Shown: in pieces, positions 46,082-57,900 of the stretch | Layout of the letters: the number at the start of each line of letters is the position of its first letter | Position numbering within the stretch: position 1 is the first letter of the stretch | Source: an uncultured bacterium | GTDB lineage: Bacteria; Fidelibacterota; Marinisomatia; Marinisomatales; UBA1611 | Direction of reading: 5' to 3' | DNA length: 64,000 bases | NCBI GenBank assembly: GCA_943788175.1 | Contig: CALSPG010000005.1 | Location: 326,211 to 390,210 of the forward strand | Notes under the pieces: generated by a model | Database searches by the model: none | What the model was told of the DNA's origin: nothing | What the model saw: only the letters and a program-made list of their open reading frames with translations | Program-made: the position numbers and the translations under genes

Positions 46082-46957
46082 TTATTCAAATAAAGTGTCT
46101 TGCTGCCTGAGCAGTAATTTGGCTCTTTCTTGGTAAAACATGTTTTCTGCCATTATTTCAGGATAAATAGACGCATCAAGTTTTATTACTGATTTCAGTA
46201 GTGTTAAAAAGGATGATTTGTCTTCAGCTTTTTGATAATAAAATTCTGATTTTTGAACTTTATTACCAAAATAATTTTCAGATGATGTAATCGCTTTTTC
46301 AAAATAAATTTTTGACTGATTTAACTCTACACCAGGTATTCGACTATAAAAGACCCCAAAAAATCTATATGCCCCCCCTTGCTCATATTCAGGTTCAAGC
46401 GAAATTATTCTATGCATAATTACCTCTAGTAATTCTCTGTGGTGTATACGTTCAATAGCTGCTTTATTATTTAGGTACCATAACTTATTTGTGGCCCACC
46501 AATACATTGCAGGAATTAGCTCTTTGGGCGCTTCTGAAAGTGTAGATAAAATTTTAAAACTTGAATCACCAATCATATTGTTTAATTTTTGTTTGAATGC
46601 GAAATTACTTAAAACCGCTGTTTTTGAAATTTCAGATCCTTTTAAAAACAGACTATCTTTTATTTTATTATCTTCTTCTAAGAACATACCTTGAAAAAAA
46701 AGAGATTTGCTGTATAGCTCTAAAATTTCAGGATTGTCTTGTTCAACATCATATGCAAGACCTAGAATGTGATTTGCATTTTTCAAAGCAGTCGAATCAG
46801 ATCTTTGTTCCCAAAGCATTTTAGCTTGCTCAATAAGAAAATCTATATTTTGGGACTGAGCATGATCTAATTCTATTTTTTGGCTGCTACATTGCCATGA
46901 CTTAAATACGCAGAGTATTAATATTAGGAGTCTAGAAAGGGAAAAGATGAATTTCAT
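46082..46957 (-). CDS. TatT-like helical (TPR-like) periplasmic protein
   Basis: 291 aa, all-helical, with a signal peptide. Its C-terminal segment (...YFEKAI...IYPEIMAENMFYQERAKLLL) is reminiscent of TRAP-T-associated TatT-family proteins. Assigned from memory and needs an HMM search. Confidence 0.4.
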   Translation of the reverse strand: MKFIFSLSRLLILILCVFKSWQCSSQKIELDHAQSQNIDFLIEQAKMLWEQRSDSTALKNANHILGLAYDVEQDNPEILELYSKSLFFQGMFLEEDNKIKDSLFLKGSEISKTAVLSNFAFKQKLNNMIGDSSFKILSTLSEAPKELIPAMYWWATNKLWYLNNKAAIERIHHRELLEVIMHRIISLEPEYEQGGAYRFFGVFYSRIPGVELNQSKIYFEKAITSSENYFGNKVQKSEFYYQKAEDKSSFLTLLKSVIKLDASIYPEIMAENMFYQERAKLLLRQQDTLFE

Positions 46958-46993
46958 TATTGAGTATTAGACCATTGGAATGTGTAAATTTAT

Positions 46994-47980
46994 ATGTATA
47001 AAATTACGATGTTATTCCTAGATATGGAAAAAATTATAGAACTAAAATCAATTGAATTAGCGGATATGCTTGGCATTGGAGATCAGCACATTAAGCTAAT
47101 AGAGTCAAGTATTCCTGTCTCTATCTCAGCTAGAGGTGGTCGTTTATCTATTAATGGAAATGATGATGACATTCAAAAAGTTGATAGCCTTTTTAAAGAG
47201 ATGAGTGGAACCTTTTCCAGTAAAGGAGCTCTGCATTCTACTGATGTAAGCAATTTAATTAAGCTTATTAAAACAAATAGTACAAGCTCAAATGGAACAA
47301 TAAATAAAAATAACATTGTTTATAAAAGTCGGAAGGGAGTGATTGGCCCTCGCACAAAAGGTCAAGTCTCTTTTTTAGAAAACGTTATTCAAAATGATAT
47401 AGCTTTTGGTATAGGCCCAGCGGGAACTGGTAAAACATTTCTGTCGATGGCTTTTGCACTCTCTTCATTAGAAGAGAATGAAGTTGATAGAATAATTCTT
47501 TGCCGCCCCGCAGTTGAAGCGGGAGAAAACCTAGGCTTTTTGCCCGGCGATTTGAAAGAAAAAGTAGATCCCTATCTATCTCCTCTTTATGACGCATTGG
47601 ATGCCTTGTTACCGAAAAAAAAATTAGGAGCATTGATTGAAAATAAAAATATTGAAATCGTTCCTTTGGCTTATATGAGAGGTCGGACTCTTGATAATGC
47701 ATTTATAATTCTTGATGAAGCTCAGAATAGTACGGCAATGCAAATGAAGATGTTTCTTACAAGATTAGGCATGGGGTCTAAAGCAATTATTAATGGTGAC
47801 ACAACCCAAATAGATTTAGCTGGAAATAAACTTTCTGGATTAATTCAAGCTAAAAACATTTTACAAGATGTTGAAGGTATCGGTTTTACATATTTTGATG
47901 AATCTGATATTGTCAGACATCCATTAGTTAAAAAAATCATAGTTGCCTATGATGAGAATGATCAAAAAAACAGGGATTAA
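46994..47980 (+). CDS. phoH: PhoH-family ATPase
   Basis: GPAGTGKTFLSMA, ILDEAQN and GDTTQIDL. The start may be the ATG at 47024. Confidence 0.9.
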   Translation: MYKITMLFLDMEKIIELKSIELADMLGIGDQHIKLIESSIPVSISARGGRLSINGNDDDIQKVDSLFKEMSGTFSSKGALHSTDVSNLIKLIKTNSTSSNGTINKNNIVYKSRKGVIGPRTKGQVSFLENVIQNDIAFGIGPAGTGKTFLSMAFALSSLEENEVDRIILCRPAVEAGENLGFLPGDLKEKVDPYLSPLYDALDALLPKKKLGALIENKNIEIVPLAYMRGRTLDNAFIILDEAQNSTAMQMKMFLTRLGMGSKAIINGDTTQIDLAGNKLSGLIQAKNILQDVEGIGFTYFDESDIVRHPLVKKIIVAYDENDQKNRD

Positions 47981-47983
47981 GAT

Positions 47984-49132
47984 ATGAAGAATGAATCTTA
48001 CATCGTAAGTGCGCTAAGAACGCCGATTGGCTCTTTTGGTGGGCAATTATCATCATTTTCTGCGCCTAAACTAGGCGCTGAGGTTATAAAAGCGCTGACG
48101 AATAGTGAAGAAATTGGAAAAAATAAATATGACGAAGTCATAATGGGTAACGTTCTATCTGCTGGACTAGGCCAAGCTCCAGCCAGACAAGCCGCTTTAT
48201 TATCCGGCTTGAATCAAAATATTGAATGTTTAACTATAAATAAAATGTGTGGTTCTGGATTAAAAGCGGTAATGCTAGCAGATGGTGCCATTAAATCCCA
48301 TGGTGCTAATGCAATCATAGCCGGTGGCATGGAGAGCATGTCAAACGCGCCGCTTCTTATGACAAAGAATCCTACTAAAATTGGTCATAATAAAATGTTA
48401 GACAGCATGGTTCATGATGGATTATGGGATGCATACAACGATATGCACATGGGTAGTTGCGCTGAAATGCTAGCTTCAAAAAAAGGTTATTCGCGAGAAG
48501 AGCAAGATAATTTTGCGGTACGATCTTATGAGCGTGCACAAAATGCGATTTCCAATGGTTCTTTTGAAAGTGAATTGGTTTCGATTGATTTAGTAGAAAA
48601 AGATGAAGAACCAGGAAGAGCTAAGTTTGAAAAAATACCTAAAATAAAGCCTGTTTTCGATAAAAACGGCACTATTACAGCTGCAAATGCATCAAAGCTA
48701 AATGATGGTGCGGCTGCGATAACTTTAATGTCTAAAGAAAATGTAAAAAAATACAACTTAAAACCCCTGGCGAAAATTGTCGCTCATTGTTCTTTTGCGC
48801 ATGAGCCAGAATGGTTCACAACTGCTCCGAGTCAAGTTATTAAAAAAATATTAAGCTTATCAGGTTTAACGAAAAATGATATAGATATATGGGAAATAAA
48901 TGAAGCTTTTTCAGCTGTTGCAATGTCAGCGATTGAAGACTTTGAACTAGATGAAACTAGAGTTAACATTCACGGCGGTGCAGTGGCATTGGGCCATCCA
49001 ATTGGTGCTTCAGGAGCAAGAATATTGACAACTCTCGTTCATTCTTTAGGTAAGTATGATAAAAATCTTGGTTTGGCAACGCTCTGTATCGGTGGCGGAG
49101 AAGCATCTGCTATGATAGTTGAAAAATTATGA
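47984..49132 (+). CDS. Acetyl-CoA C-acetyltransferase (thiolase II)
   Basis: NKMCGSGLKAV (active-site Cys), NIHGGAVALGHPIGASGARIL and CIGGGEASAMIVE. Confidence 0.9.
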   Translation: MKNESYIVSALRTPIGSFGGQLSSFSAPKLGAEVIKALTNSEEIGKNKYDEVIMGNVLSAGLGQAPARQAALLSGLNQNIECLTINKMCGSGLKAVMLADGAIKSHGANAIIAGGMESMSNAPLLMTKNPTKIGHNKMLDSMVHDGLWDAYNDMHMGSCAEMLASKKGYSREEQDNFAVRSYERAQNAISNGSFESELVSIDLVEKDEEPGRAKFEKIPKIKPVFDKNGTITAANASKLNDGAAAITLMSKENVKKYNLKPLAKIVAHCSFAHEPEWFTTAPSQVIKKILSLSGLTKNDIDIWEINEAFSAVAMSAIEDFELDETRVNIHGGAVALGHPIGASGARILTTLVHSLGKYDKNLGLATLCIGGGEASAMIVEKL

Positions 49133-50154
49133 TGAACAAAAAAGACATAGATTGGGATAACCTTGGTTTTTATGCTCATGAAACCAAAAGTATGTTTAAG
49201 GCTATTTATACAGCCGAAAAAAAATGGCAGGTCGAAGGATTAATTCCATATGGTAATGTAAGTATGTCCCCGGCATCTACAATATTAAACTACGGTCAAG
49301 GGATTTTTGAAGGAACCAAAGCATATCGAACTTCAAAAGATAGAGTAGCCGGTTTTAGAATTGAAGAAAATGCCGCAAGATTTGCTTCATCCTCAGAACG
49401 CCTATGTATTCCTCAATTACCTGAGGGCCTGTTTTTAAATGCAGTGCAAGAAGTTGTAAAAGACAATTCTGATTTTTTACCAACTCAAGAGCAAGGGAGT
49501 CTTTACATTAGACCTCTAGCCTATGGAGATGGGCCTATGTTAGGCGTAAAAGCTTCAGATGATTATACTTTCTTGGTTTATGCTACCCCTGTAGGCTCAT
49601 ATTTTAAATCAGGCTTAAAAATGTTAGATACTATTTTAACAGATAAATATCACAGAATTGCAACAAAAAGCATTGGTTTTGCAAAAGCCGTTGGTAATTA
49701 TGCGGGCACATTGCTACCCTACAAAGAAATTACATTGGAAGGATTTGATGAGGTTATATTTTTAAATTCTTCAGATGAAAATATTATTGATGAGGCGAGA
49801 TCGGCAAATGTTTTTGTTCTTAAGGGGAATGTTTTAAAAACACCCGCTTTACAAGGATCTATTCTTCCTGGGATTACTAGAGATTCAACCATTAAGGTAG
49901 CTCGTGAATTATTTGATTTAGAAGTTTATGAGGAAGATGTCACCGTTGAAGATTTATTAAATGCTGATGAGGTTTTTTTTACTGGAACAGCTGCTGTTGT
50001 TGCACCAGCTGGGAGCATTAATTATAAAAATAATAAAGTTCAATTTGAGACCAGTTATAATGCATCTATGACAAAAAAAATCAGAGAAAAACTTATCGAT
50101 ATACAATATGAAAATATCGAAGACCCGTTTGGGTGGGTTGTCCCATTAGGATGA
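49129..50154 (+). CDS. ilvE: Branched-chain amino-acid aminotransferase (fold type IV)
   Basis: GQGIFEGTKAYR, LYIRP, and ILPGITRDS...TGTAAVVAP. Confidence 0.85.
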   Translation: MMNKKDIDWDNLGFYAHETKSMFKAIYTAEKKWQVEGLIPYGNVSMSPASTILNYGQGIFEGTKAYRTSKDRVAGFRIEENAARFASSSERLCIPQLPEGLFLNAVQEVVKDNSDFLPTQEQGSLYIRPLAYGDGPMLGVKASDDYTFLVYATPVGSYFKSGLKMLDTILTDKYHRIATKSIGFAKAVGNYAGTLLPYKEITLEGFDEVIFLNSSDENIIDEARSANVFVLKGNVLKTPALQGSILPGITRDSTIKVARELFDLEVYEEDVTVEDLLNADEVFFTGTAAVVAPAGSINYKNNKVQFETSYNASMTKKIREKLIDIQYENIEDPFGWVVPLG

Positions 50155-50588
50155 ATATGATTGAAAAAACCATTGAAAAACATCCCAGGCGTAAAGCAAG
50201 GGAGTACACCATGCAGGCACTATATGCTCTTGAAATAAATAATGGTTATCCGACTGATATTCTTGAATTATATGATCAGTCATTTAATGAGTCGGAAGAT
50301 GATGAGTATATGAAGGAATTATTTCATTGTGTTGTTGAAAAAAAATCATGGGCTGATGATTTAATTACAGAGTGTCTCCAAAACTGGGAATATGGAAGAG
50401 TAGCCATTCTTGATAAAATACTCCTCAGAATGGGTGTAAGTGAAATTTATCACATTAGCGACGTACCGCCTAAAGTGACCATAAGTGAAATGGTTGAAAT
50501 AGCAAAAGAATATAGTACTGAAGAGAGCTCAAGCTTCGTCAACGGTATTTTAGATACGATCTATAAAAATTATAGCAAAGAGAATTAA
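50151..50588 (+). CDS. nusB: Transcription antitermination factor NusB
   Basis: RRKAREYTMQALYALE and VAILDKILLRMGVSEI...PPKVTISEMVEIAKEYSTEESSSFVNGILD. The ATG overlaps the ilvE stop. Confidence 0.85.
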   Translation: MNMIEKTIEKHPRRKAREYTMQALYALEINNGYPTDILELYDQSFNESEDDEYMKELFHCVVEKKSWADDLITECLQNWEYGRVAILDKILLRMGVSEIYHISDVPPKVTISEMVEIAKEYSTEESSSFVNGILDTIYKNYSKEN

Positions 50589-53500
50589 ATGTTTTTAAAG
50601 AAGATTTTTGGAACCAGTTCCACCCGGTATATAAAAAAAATATTTCCAATTGTTCAAAATATCAATGATTTTTATGGCGGGCTTGAATCTAAGTCTGATC
50701 AAGATCTTGTAGATAGGACATTAGAGCTAAAAACTTTAGTTAATCAGGCCAGAGAAGAGGCTAAAGTGAAATATGAAAATGATCTAGAGGGCAATGAATT
50801 AAAGAAGAAAATATTAGAAGCAGAACAAAAAGCTTTAGATGATGTTATGGTGGAAGCTTTTGCAATGGTTAAAGAGACCTGCCGTAGAATGGTTGGGCAA
50901 ACTTTTAGGGTTTCAGGCCAGAACGAAGAATGGAATATGATACCATATGATGTCCAACTGTTAGGTGCAATGGTACTTCATAATGGTAAGGTTTCTGAAA
51001 TGAAAACAGGTGAAGGAAAAACGCTTGTTGCTACAATGCCAATCTATCTAAATGCACTTACGGGAAGAGGCGTGCACGTTATTACTGTAAATGATTATTT
51101 AGCGCAAAGAGATGCTGAATGGATGGGCGAGGTTTATAGAAGACTAGGCCTAACAGTCGGGTTTATTTTGAACTCAATGGATAATGTTAAGCGTCGCGAA
51201 ATGTATGCCTGCGATATAACGTACGGAACAAATAACGAATTTGGTTTTGATTATCTTCGAAACAATATGGCGCTTCACCCAGATGAGTTGTGTCAAAGAG
51301 ATTACGCCTTTGCTGTAGTAGATGAGGTGGATAGTGTTTTAATCGATGAAGCTAGGACTCCCTTAATTATTTCAGGGGCTGTTGATGCGCCAGTTGATGA
51401 CACGTTTGTTAAGTTAAAACCCGATGTCCAAGACCTTGTTAGAAAACAAAATATTTTAGTATCAGAATTAATTAAAGACGTAAAAGAATTATTAGAATCG
51501 GATAAAGACAAAGCAGGGTTAAAATTATTACAGGCTAAGCGGGCCCTGCCTAAGCATCCACAGGTTATGAAGATTTTTCAAGAACCAGGCACGCTGAAAT
51601 TATCTCAGAGCGTAGAATCGGAATACATAAGAGATAAAAAATTACATGAAGTAGATGACGATTTATATTTTTCTGTTGATGAAAAATCGCATGTTATGGA
51701 TATTACTGAAAAAGGAAGAAATGTTTTAGCTCCCAATAGCCCTGAGACTTTTATCATTCCTGACATAGGAGAACTCCTTCTAGAAATAGATGAAAAACAA
51801 GATTTGGACAGTAGTGCAAAAGAAATAGAAAAAGAGAAGGCTCATCAATTCCATGCTCAAAGGAGCGGGCAAATCCATAATTTTAATCAGCTTCTTAGAG
51901 CTTATACAATGTATGAAAAAGACGTTGAATATGTTGTCCAAGAAGGTAAAGTGTTGATTGTAGATGAGTTTACTGGGAGAATATTAGCGGGACGCAGATA
52001 CTCCGATGGCTTGCATCAAGCTCTCGAGGCAAAAGAAAGCGTAAAAATTGAGAGGGAAACGCAAACATTAGCAACGATTACAATTCAAAACTATTTTAGG
52101 CTTTATGACAAAATCTCTGGTATGACGGGTACCGCGGAGACTGAGGCCGAAGAGTTAGGGTCAATATATGGATTAGAGGTCGTTGTCATTCCAACTCACC
52201 GTGACATCTCAAGAGACGATAGAGATGATTTAGTTTATAAGACTAAAAGAGAAAAATATAATGCTGTTGTAGATGAAATAGTCGCCGCGCACCATCGGGG
52301 GCAGCCAGTACTTGTTGGTACGATAGCTGTTGAGACGTCTGAGCTTATAGCCAGGATGTTAAAAAGAAAAAACATTCCGCACAGTGTTTTAAATGCCAAA
52401 CAGCATGAAAAAGAAGCTGAAGTTGTAGCTAGAGCTGGTCAAAAAAGTGCAGTGACTATTGCTACGAATATGGCAGGGAGAGGTACAGATATTAAACTCG
52501 GTGACGGCGTTAAAGAAGCAGGTGGCTTACATATACTTGGAACCGAGCGGCATGATTCTCGAAGAATCGATTTGCAATTAAGGGGTAGGTCAGGTAGACA
52601 AGGTGATGCAGGTTCGTCGGTGTTTTATTTATCTCTTGAAGATGATTTGATGCGATTATTTGGTTCAGATAAAGTAGCGAGCATCATGGATAGAATGGGG
52701 ATTGAAGAAGGTGAGGTAATTACGGCTGGGATGATTACTCGAGCTATCGGAAATGCTCAGAAAAAAGTTGAAGTAAGAAATTTTGGCGTAAGAAAACATT
52801 TGCTCGAATATGATGATGTAATGAATCAACAGAGGCAAGTCGTTTATGACTTGAGAAGTCAGGCTCTTTCTGGAAAGAATATGAGAGAGACAGTCATGCA
52901 GGTTATTGAAGACTATATCATTGACGAGATTGAGTCCCATGCGGGAATTGATTCTATGGCTGATTGGGATTGGGATTTAATACGCAATAATTTTGCTACT
53001 CATTTATTAGTTGATGTTAGTCATCAAAAATTAGTTTCAGAACTAGGCAAAGAAGATATTAGTTCGGATGAACTCATTGATTGGGTCACTAGCGAAGCAG
53101 AGTCTGTCTACAAAGTGAGAGAGTCGTTAGTTTCTCCAGAAGTAATCAGGGGTTTTGAAAGATTTGTTATTTTAAGGACGATAGATGAAAAATGGAAGGA
53201 CCATTTATATGCTATGGATCAATTACGAGAAGGTATAAATCTTAGAGCCTATGGACAAAAAAACCCTTTATTAGAGTATAAATCTGAGGGTTTTGGAATG
53301 TTTCAAGAGATGATGAAAGACATGAATGCTGTTACGGCTCAAAGAATTTTCCGTACTCAATTACAGGGGATGGATCAAGCGCCATCATTATCGTCAAATA
53401 GTGTAAGAAATATTAAAACAGAACACCAAGACACCACGGGAATGGGGTTTGTTGGGCAACCGTCAAGAAGTGCGAGTCAAAAAAAACCAACGACTCCAGT

Positions 53501-53624
53501 TACTGTTGATAAAAAAATTGGAAGAAATGAGAAAATAAATGTTCAATCTCCTAGTGGAGAAAAGATTCAAATTAAATATAAAAAATTACAGCAATATTTA
53601 AATCAAGGTTATACTGAGGTGTAA
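50589..53624 (+). CDS. secA: Preprotein translocase ATPase SecA
   Basis: MKTGEGKTLVATMP, DEVDSVLIDEARTPLIISG, TNMAGRGTDIKLG and GRSGRQGDAGSS. The C-terminal tail lacks the usual Cys/His zinc ligands. Confidence 0.95.
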   Translation: MFLKKIFGTSSTRYIKKIFPIVQNINDFYGGLESKSDQDLVDRTLELKTLVNQAREEAKVKYENDLEGNELKKKILEAEQKALDDVMVEAFAMVKETCRRMVGQTFRVSGQNEEWNMIPYDVQLLGAMVLHNGKVSEMKTGEGKTLVATMPIYLNALTGRGVHVITVNDYLAQRDAEWMGEVYRRLGLTVGFILNSMDNVKRREMYACDITYGTNNEFGFDYLRNNMALHPDELCQRDYAFAVVDEVDSVLIDEARTPLIISGAVDAPVDDTFVKLKPDVQDLVRKQNILVSELIKDVKELLESDKDKAGLKLLQAKRALPKHPQVMKIFQEPGTLKLSQSVESEYIRDKKLHEVDDDLYFSVDEKSHVMDITEKGRNVLAPNSPETFIIPDIGELLLEIDEKQDLDSSAKEIEKEKAHQFHAQRSGQIHNFNQLLRAYTMYEKDVEYVVQEGKVLIVDEFTGRILAGRRYSDGLHQALEAKESVKIERETQTLATITIQNYFRLYDKISGMTGTAETEAEELGSIYGLEVVVIPTHRDISRDDRDDLVYKTKREKYNAVVDEIVAAHHRGQPVLVGTIAVETSELIARMLKRKNIPHSVLNAKQHEKEAEVVARAGQKSAVTIATNMAGRGTDIKLGDGVKEAGGLHILGTERHDSRRIDLQLRGRSGRQGDAGSSVFYLSLEDDLMRLFGSDKVASIMDRMGIEEGEVITAGMITRAIGNAQKKVEVRNFGVRKHLLEYDDVMNQQRQVVYDLRSQALSGKNMRETVMQVIEDYIIDEIESHAGIDSMADWDWDLIRNNFATHLLVDVSHQKLVSELGKEDISSDELIDWVTSEAESVYKVRESLVSPEVIRGFERFVILRTIDEKWKDHLYAMDQLREGINLRAYGQKNPLLEYKSEGFGMFQEMMKDMNAVTAQRIFRTQLQGMDQAPSLSSNSVRNIKTEHQDTTGMGFVGQPSRSASQKKPTTPVTVDKKIGRNEKINVQSPSGEKIQIKYKKLQQYLNQGYTEV

Positions 53625-53627
53625 ATT

Positions 53628-54791
53628 ATGTCAAAAGAAAATAAATTTGAAACCAATGCCATTCATGTAGGCAATAAGCCCGATCCTTCAACCGGGTCTA
53701 TTTCCCCACCAATTCACCTAACCTCTACTTATGTTCAAGATGGAATCGGGAAAAATAAAGGCTTTGATTATTCAAGAGGCACTAATCCAACTCGTGAAAG
53801 GCTAGAGAAAAATATAGCTTCTTTAGAGGGTGGCTATGATGCAATTGCATTCTCAAGTGGTATGGCTGCAACCACGGCACTATTACAACATCTAAAGCAA
53901 GGTGACCATATAATAATTTCTAGAAATGTTTATGGTGGTACCTATCGAATGACCACTCAAGTATTGAGTAACCATGGTTTGAAATTTGATTTTGTTGATA
54001 CAACGGATGTGCAAAATATTAAAAAAGCAATCAAGCCAGAAACCAAGTGGGTTTTTATTGAAACGCCTACAAATCCTATGCTTGAAGTAACTGATATTGC
54101 TGCGGTTTCAAAAATATGTAAAGAGGGTAATATAAAATTTGCTGTTGATAATACCTTTATGAGTCCTTTTGGGCAACGTCCAATTGAGCATGGTGCAGAT
54201 TGTGTTATGCACAGTACAACAAAATTCATTGGTGGGCATAGCGATGTGCTTGGTGGCGTTTTGGTGGCCAAAGATAAAGAGTTGGCAGATAAATTACATT
54301 TCATCCAAAAATCGGGAGGAGCTATTCCAAGTCCTTTTGATGCTTGGCTCCTTTTAAGGTCTGTTAAAACATTAGGGATGCGAGTTCAAAAAGCGTCAGA
54401 TAATGCTATGGTGATTGCAAAGTATTTTGATTCCAATTCAAAAATTGCTAAAACAATTTATCCAGGCTTGGAATCTCACCCCCAAAATAGTATATCCAAA
54501 AAGCAGCAAATTACGCCTCATGGAGATATCATATTCGGCAGCATGGTTTCTATCGTTTTTCATTCTAAGATTGAGATGGAAGCCTTTATCAAGAAAATAA
54601 ATCTATTTTCACTAGCAGAAAGTCTGGGTGGGGTAGAGAGTCTTATGTCTGTTCCGTATTTTATGACTCATGCTGATGTCCCAGCGGATGTTAAAGCTGA
54701 GATGGACTTAGTTCCAGAGTTGTTAAGACTTGCTGTAGGAATTGAGCATATCGATGATTTAATTGAAGATATAGAGAATGCTTTATCTTAA
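53628..54791 (+). CDS. PLP-dependent Cys/Met-metabolism enzyme (cystathionine gamma-synthase/beta- or gamma-lyase family)
   Basis: YSRGTNPTR and HSTTKFIGGHSDVLGG (PLP-binding Lys). The length fits the family. Confidence 0.85.
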   Translation: MSKENKFETNAIHVGNKPDPSTGSISPPIHLTSTYVQDGIGKNKGFDYSRGTNPTRERLEKNIASLEGGYDAIAFSSGMAATTALLQHLKQGDHIIISRNVYGGTYRMTTQVLSNHGLKFDFVDTTDVQNIKKAIKPETKWVFIETPTNPMLEVTDIAAVSKICKEGNIKFAVDNTFMSPFGQRPIEHGADCVMHSTTKFIGGHSDVLGGVLVAKDKELADKLHFIQKSGGAIPSPFDAWLLLRSVKTLGMRVQKASDNAMVIAKYFDSNSKIAKTIYPGLESHPQNSISKKQQITPHGDIIFGSMVSIVFHSKIEMEAFIKKINLFSLAESLGGVESLMSVPYFMTHADVPADVKAEMDLVPELLRLAVGIEHIDDLIEDIENALS

Positions 54792-54917
54792 TTAATTAGT
54801 GGCAAGTTTTACCATTTAATACTTATTATTTTTCGGTACAGAGTCTTAGATTATAACCTTTGCTGATAGAATTGTATTTTATGTGCAATCAAAAATTTCA
54901 TTTTGGAGGTAGTTTTA

Positions 54918-57900
54918 ATGTTTAAATATTTAAATAATGCGTTTTTGTCTCTTGCGCTTGTCTTCTCCTTTATTGGGGCGCAGGATGTTGAGCTTACAAT
55001 AGTAGACACTTCGTTTGCTGGTTACACGGATGAAATCATTGTGCCTATTTTAATCTCAAACCCGAACAATAATGTCGGTGGAGTTCAATTTGATGTATCA
55101 GTAAGTCCTAACATGGTGAGTTTAACAGGTGTTTCATCCGTGGGTAATGCTTCTAGTTTTTCTGCTGCTTACAATGCGTTAAGTGATGGTAGTTCAAGAG
55201 TAGTATTTTATAATGGGAGTGATCCAAGTGGCCTAAACCCTGGTACAGATGCTAGAGTTCTAAATCTCCATTTTGGAGGCACAGACGTGTTGTCTGCTGT
55301 TCTTGAAATTAAATTAAACAATTTAATTGTAAGTGATGGAGAGGGTGGAGTTCTTACTTCTCAATCGTCATCTGGAAATCTTACAATTGGTGATGTAGTA
55401 TACTTAAGCGGATCAACTTCTACTGGGGATGTTGGTGAAACCGTTTCTATTGACTTTAGTATTAGTAATACAGGCGCAGTCGGAGGAGTTCAATTCGATG
55501 TTAAAGATAGCCCAAACTATTTAAGTTTAGTCTCAGTTGCTACAACAGCTAGGACTGCAGAATTTTCTGCTGATTTTAATAATATTAATGATGGTGACAC
55601 TTCACGAATTATTCTTTTTAGCTCTGATAATGTTAACCTAGCACCAGGTACAGGTCCGGTACTTTCAGCAACTTTTGAAATTGTAAATAATGCCTATGCT
55701 GATTCTGTTTCTGTTTTTATGGAAAACATCCTGGTTACAGATGGTGTTGGTGGTAGTTATTGGATAGCAGCGGCTGACTCTGGTACTGTAGCAGTTTACC
55801 CCGGGTATATCGAAGAGCCTTCTAACTTGCAAGCTATTGATGGTCAAGATGCCTATGTTGCATTGTCATGGAACCCGCCATCAGGCCCTATACCAGATAA
55901 CATAACTGAAGATTTTGAAGATGGGATTCCAGACGATTGGACACTTACAACTAGTTCTGCGCAAGGGTGGTATTTAACTACAGATTGCACGAGTGAATGG
56001 TGGACAGTTCCTGCACACACAAACTATATGTGTTCTAATGATGACCAGGCAAACGATGACGGAGCGCTGGATTATATGGTTACTCCAATGCTAAACGTTA
56101 GCGGAGCTGCAAGTGTCATACTAAACTTTGATTCATATTTTGATGGGGCCTATGGTCAAACTGCTTCTATTGGTGTAAGTGATAATGGAGTAGATTTTAC
56201 AGAGGTGTATCCGTTAGTTGCTGGAACAGAGTGGATTAATGAGACAGTAGATTTAACGCCTTTTATTACTGGCGATAATTTGTATATTTTATTTCATTCA
56301 AATGATAATGCAGCTTGGGCGTCTGGATGGGCGGTTGATGATATTTCAATTTCTTTTGAAACTCGAGTAATTCCTGAGAGATTAGTACATTATAATTTAA
56401 CAGATCTGGGTGAGTGGGTAGTCAGCGCTCCTAAAGAGGATGTCATGAACAAGTACGGAGGCGGAATTCCTTTTGCAGATAGAATTGATTTAGACAACCC
56501 AGTTAATCTTAATAACCAACGTCCTGTAGCTATTGATGCCTATAAAGTTTACAAATCACTAAGTGAGACGTCTGATTTTGAAGAAATTGTTGAGCTAGAA
56601 GCCAGTGTGACTTCTTATACAGACGAAGATGTCGTAAATAATACTGCCTACTATTATTATGTGACAGCTATATATCCTGATGGTTCTGAATCTGTACCGA
56701 CAAGTACTGTATCAGCAACCCCGGTTGAATGGATAGAGTGTTACATTAGTGATGGTGGCTCTTTGACTGGCATAGCCGATACAATAGATATCTCCGTTAA
56801 TAATGAAAGTTTATTGGGTGGTTTATTTTTTGAAATTGAAGATTTCCCAGATGTCCTTGTTGGAGAGAGTGTTTTGCCAGCTGAAAGAACGACTGGAACA
56901 AATGGACAACCTTCATGGACCTTTTCATTATTAGATGATAATGGAAAAATTTCAATTGCAGGCTTTGGACCTCTAGCGGGTGCAGCTGCTCTTGAGCCAG
57001 GTAATGGCCCTGTATGTAGAGTCGTCGTTCGACCTCAAGGAGACCAAGCTCAGACTTTAACACTTACAATGACAGATGTTCAGATTCAAGACACTAGTAA
57101 CCCACCAGTACAATTAAACTGGACAGCAGAAACTGCAGCTTATGAAGTGGGAATTGAAACGCAATATATTATGTTAACTGATGGAAACGCAGCGCCTGGT
57201 GCTCAGCTAAGCTCATCAATGTGCTTAGTAAATACACAAGATGTTTATGGAATTCAAGTTGAATTTGTTGCTGATCCGCCATTCGTAAGCGGGTCGGGTC
57301 TACAAGTAACTGATTTACTAGACTTAAGCACTTGGTCAGTTTCTTCTCAACAACTTGGTAATACATTTACACTATTACTTTTTGATAACACTCTTAGTAA
57401 TCCTGTACCTCCAGGATACTGGTACTTAGGCGAGGTTTTAATAGATGTCCTTCCTGGATCTCCTGAAGATTTTATTGTTGATGTTGAATATGGAGAGATG
57501 ATTTTGTCCGATGCTTATAATCAGCCTATGATATCTGTTGGTTTACCTTCAGAAGTTTATATAGGTGCGCCTCCAGTTTCTTACAGTATCCACAACGTAG
57601 AAGGTCTACTAACTCCAGGGGGTGAGGGCTCTTTTGAAGTTCACATGACGAATACAGAAACAGTTGGTACTATGTCTTTTGAAATTGAAGATGCTCCAGA
57701 GTATCTAACGGTTACTTCTGTAGAAGCCGTTGGTAGATTTGCAAATGGAATTATTGACGGAAGCACGGGTGAAGACTCTAATAATGAGAACTTTTATTTT
57801 CTTGGATATGACTTTACTGGTGGAATTCCTGAAGGTGACGGTCCAATAATAAAAGTAAATGTTCAAATGTCTCAAAATATAAATAACCCAAATGTTATGC

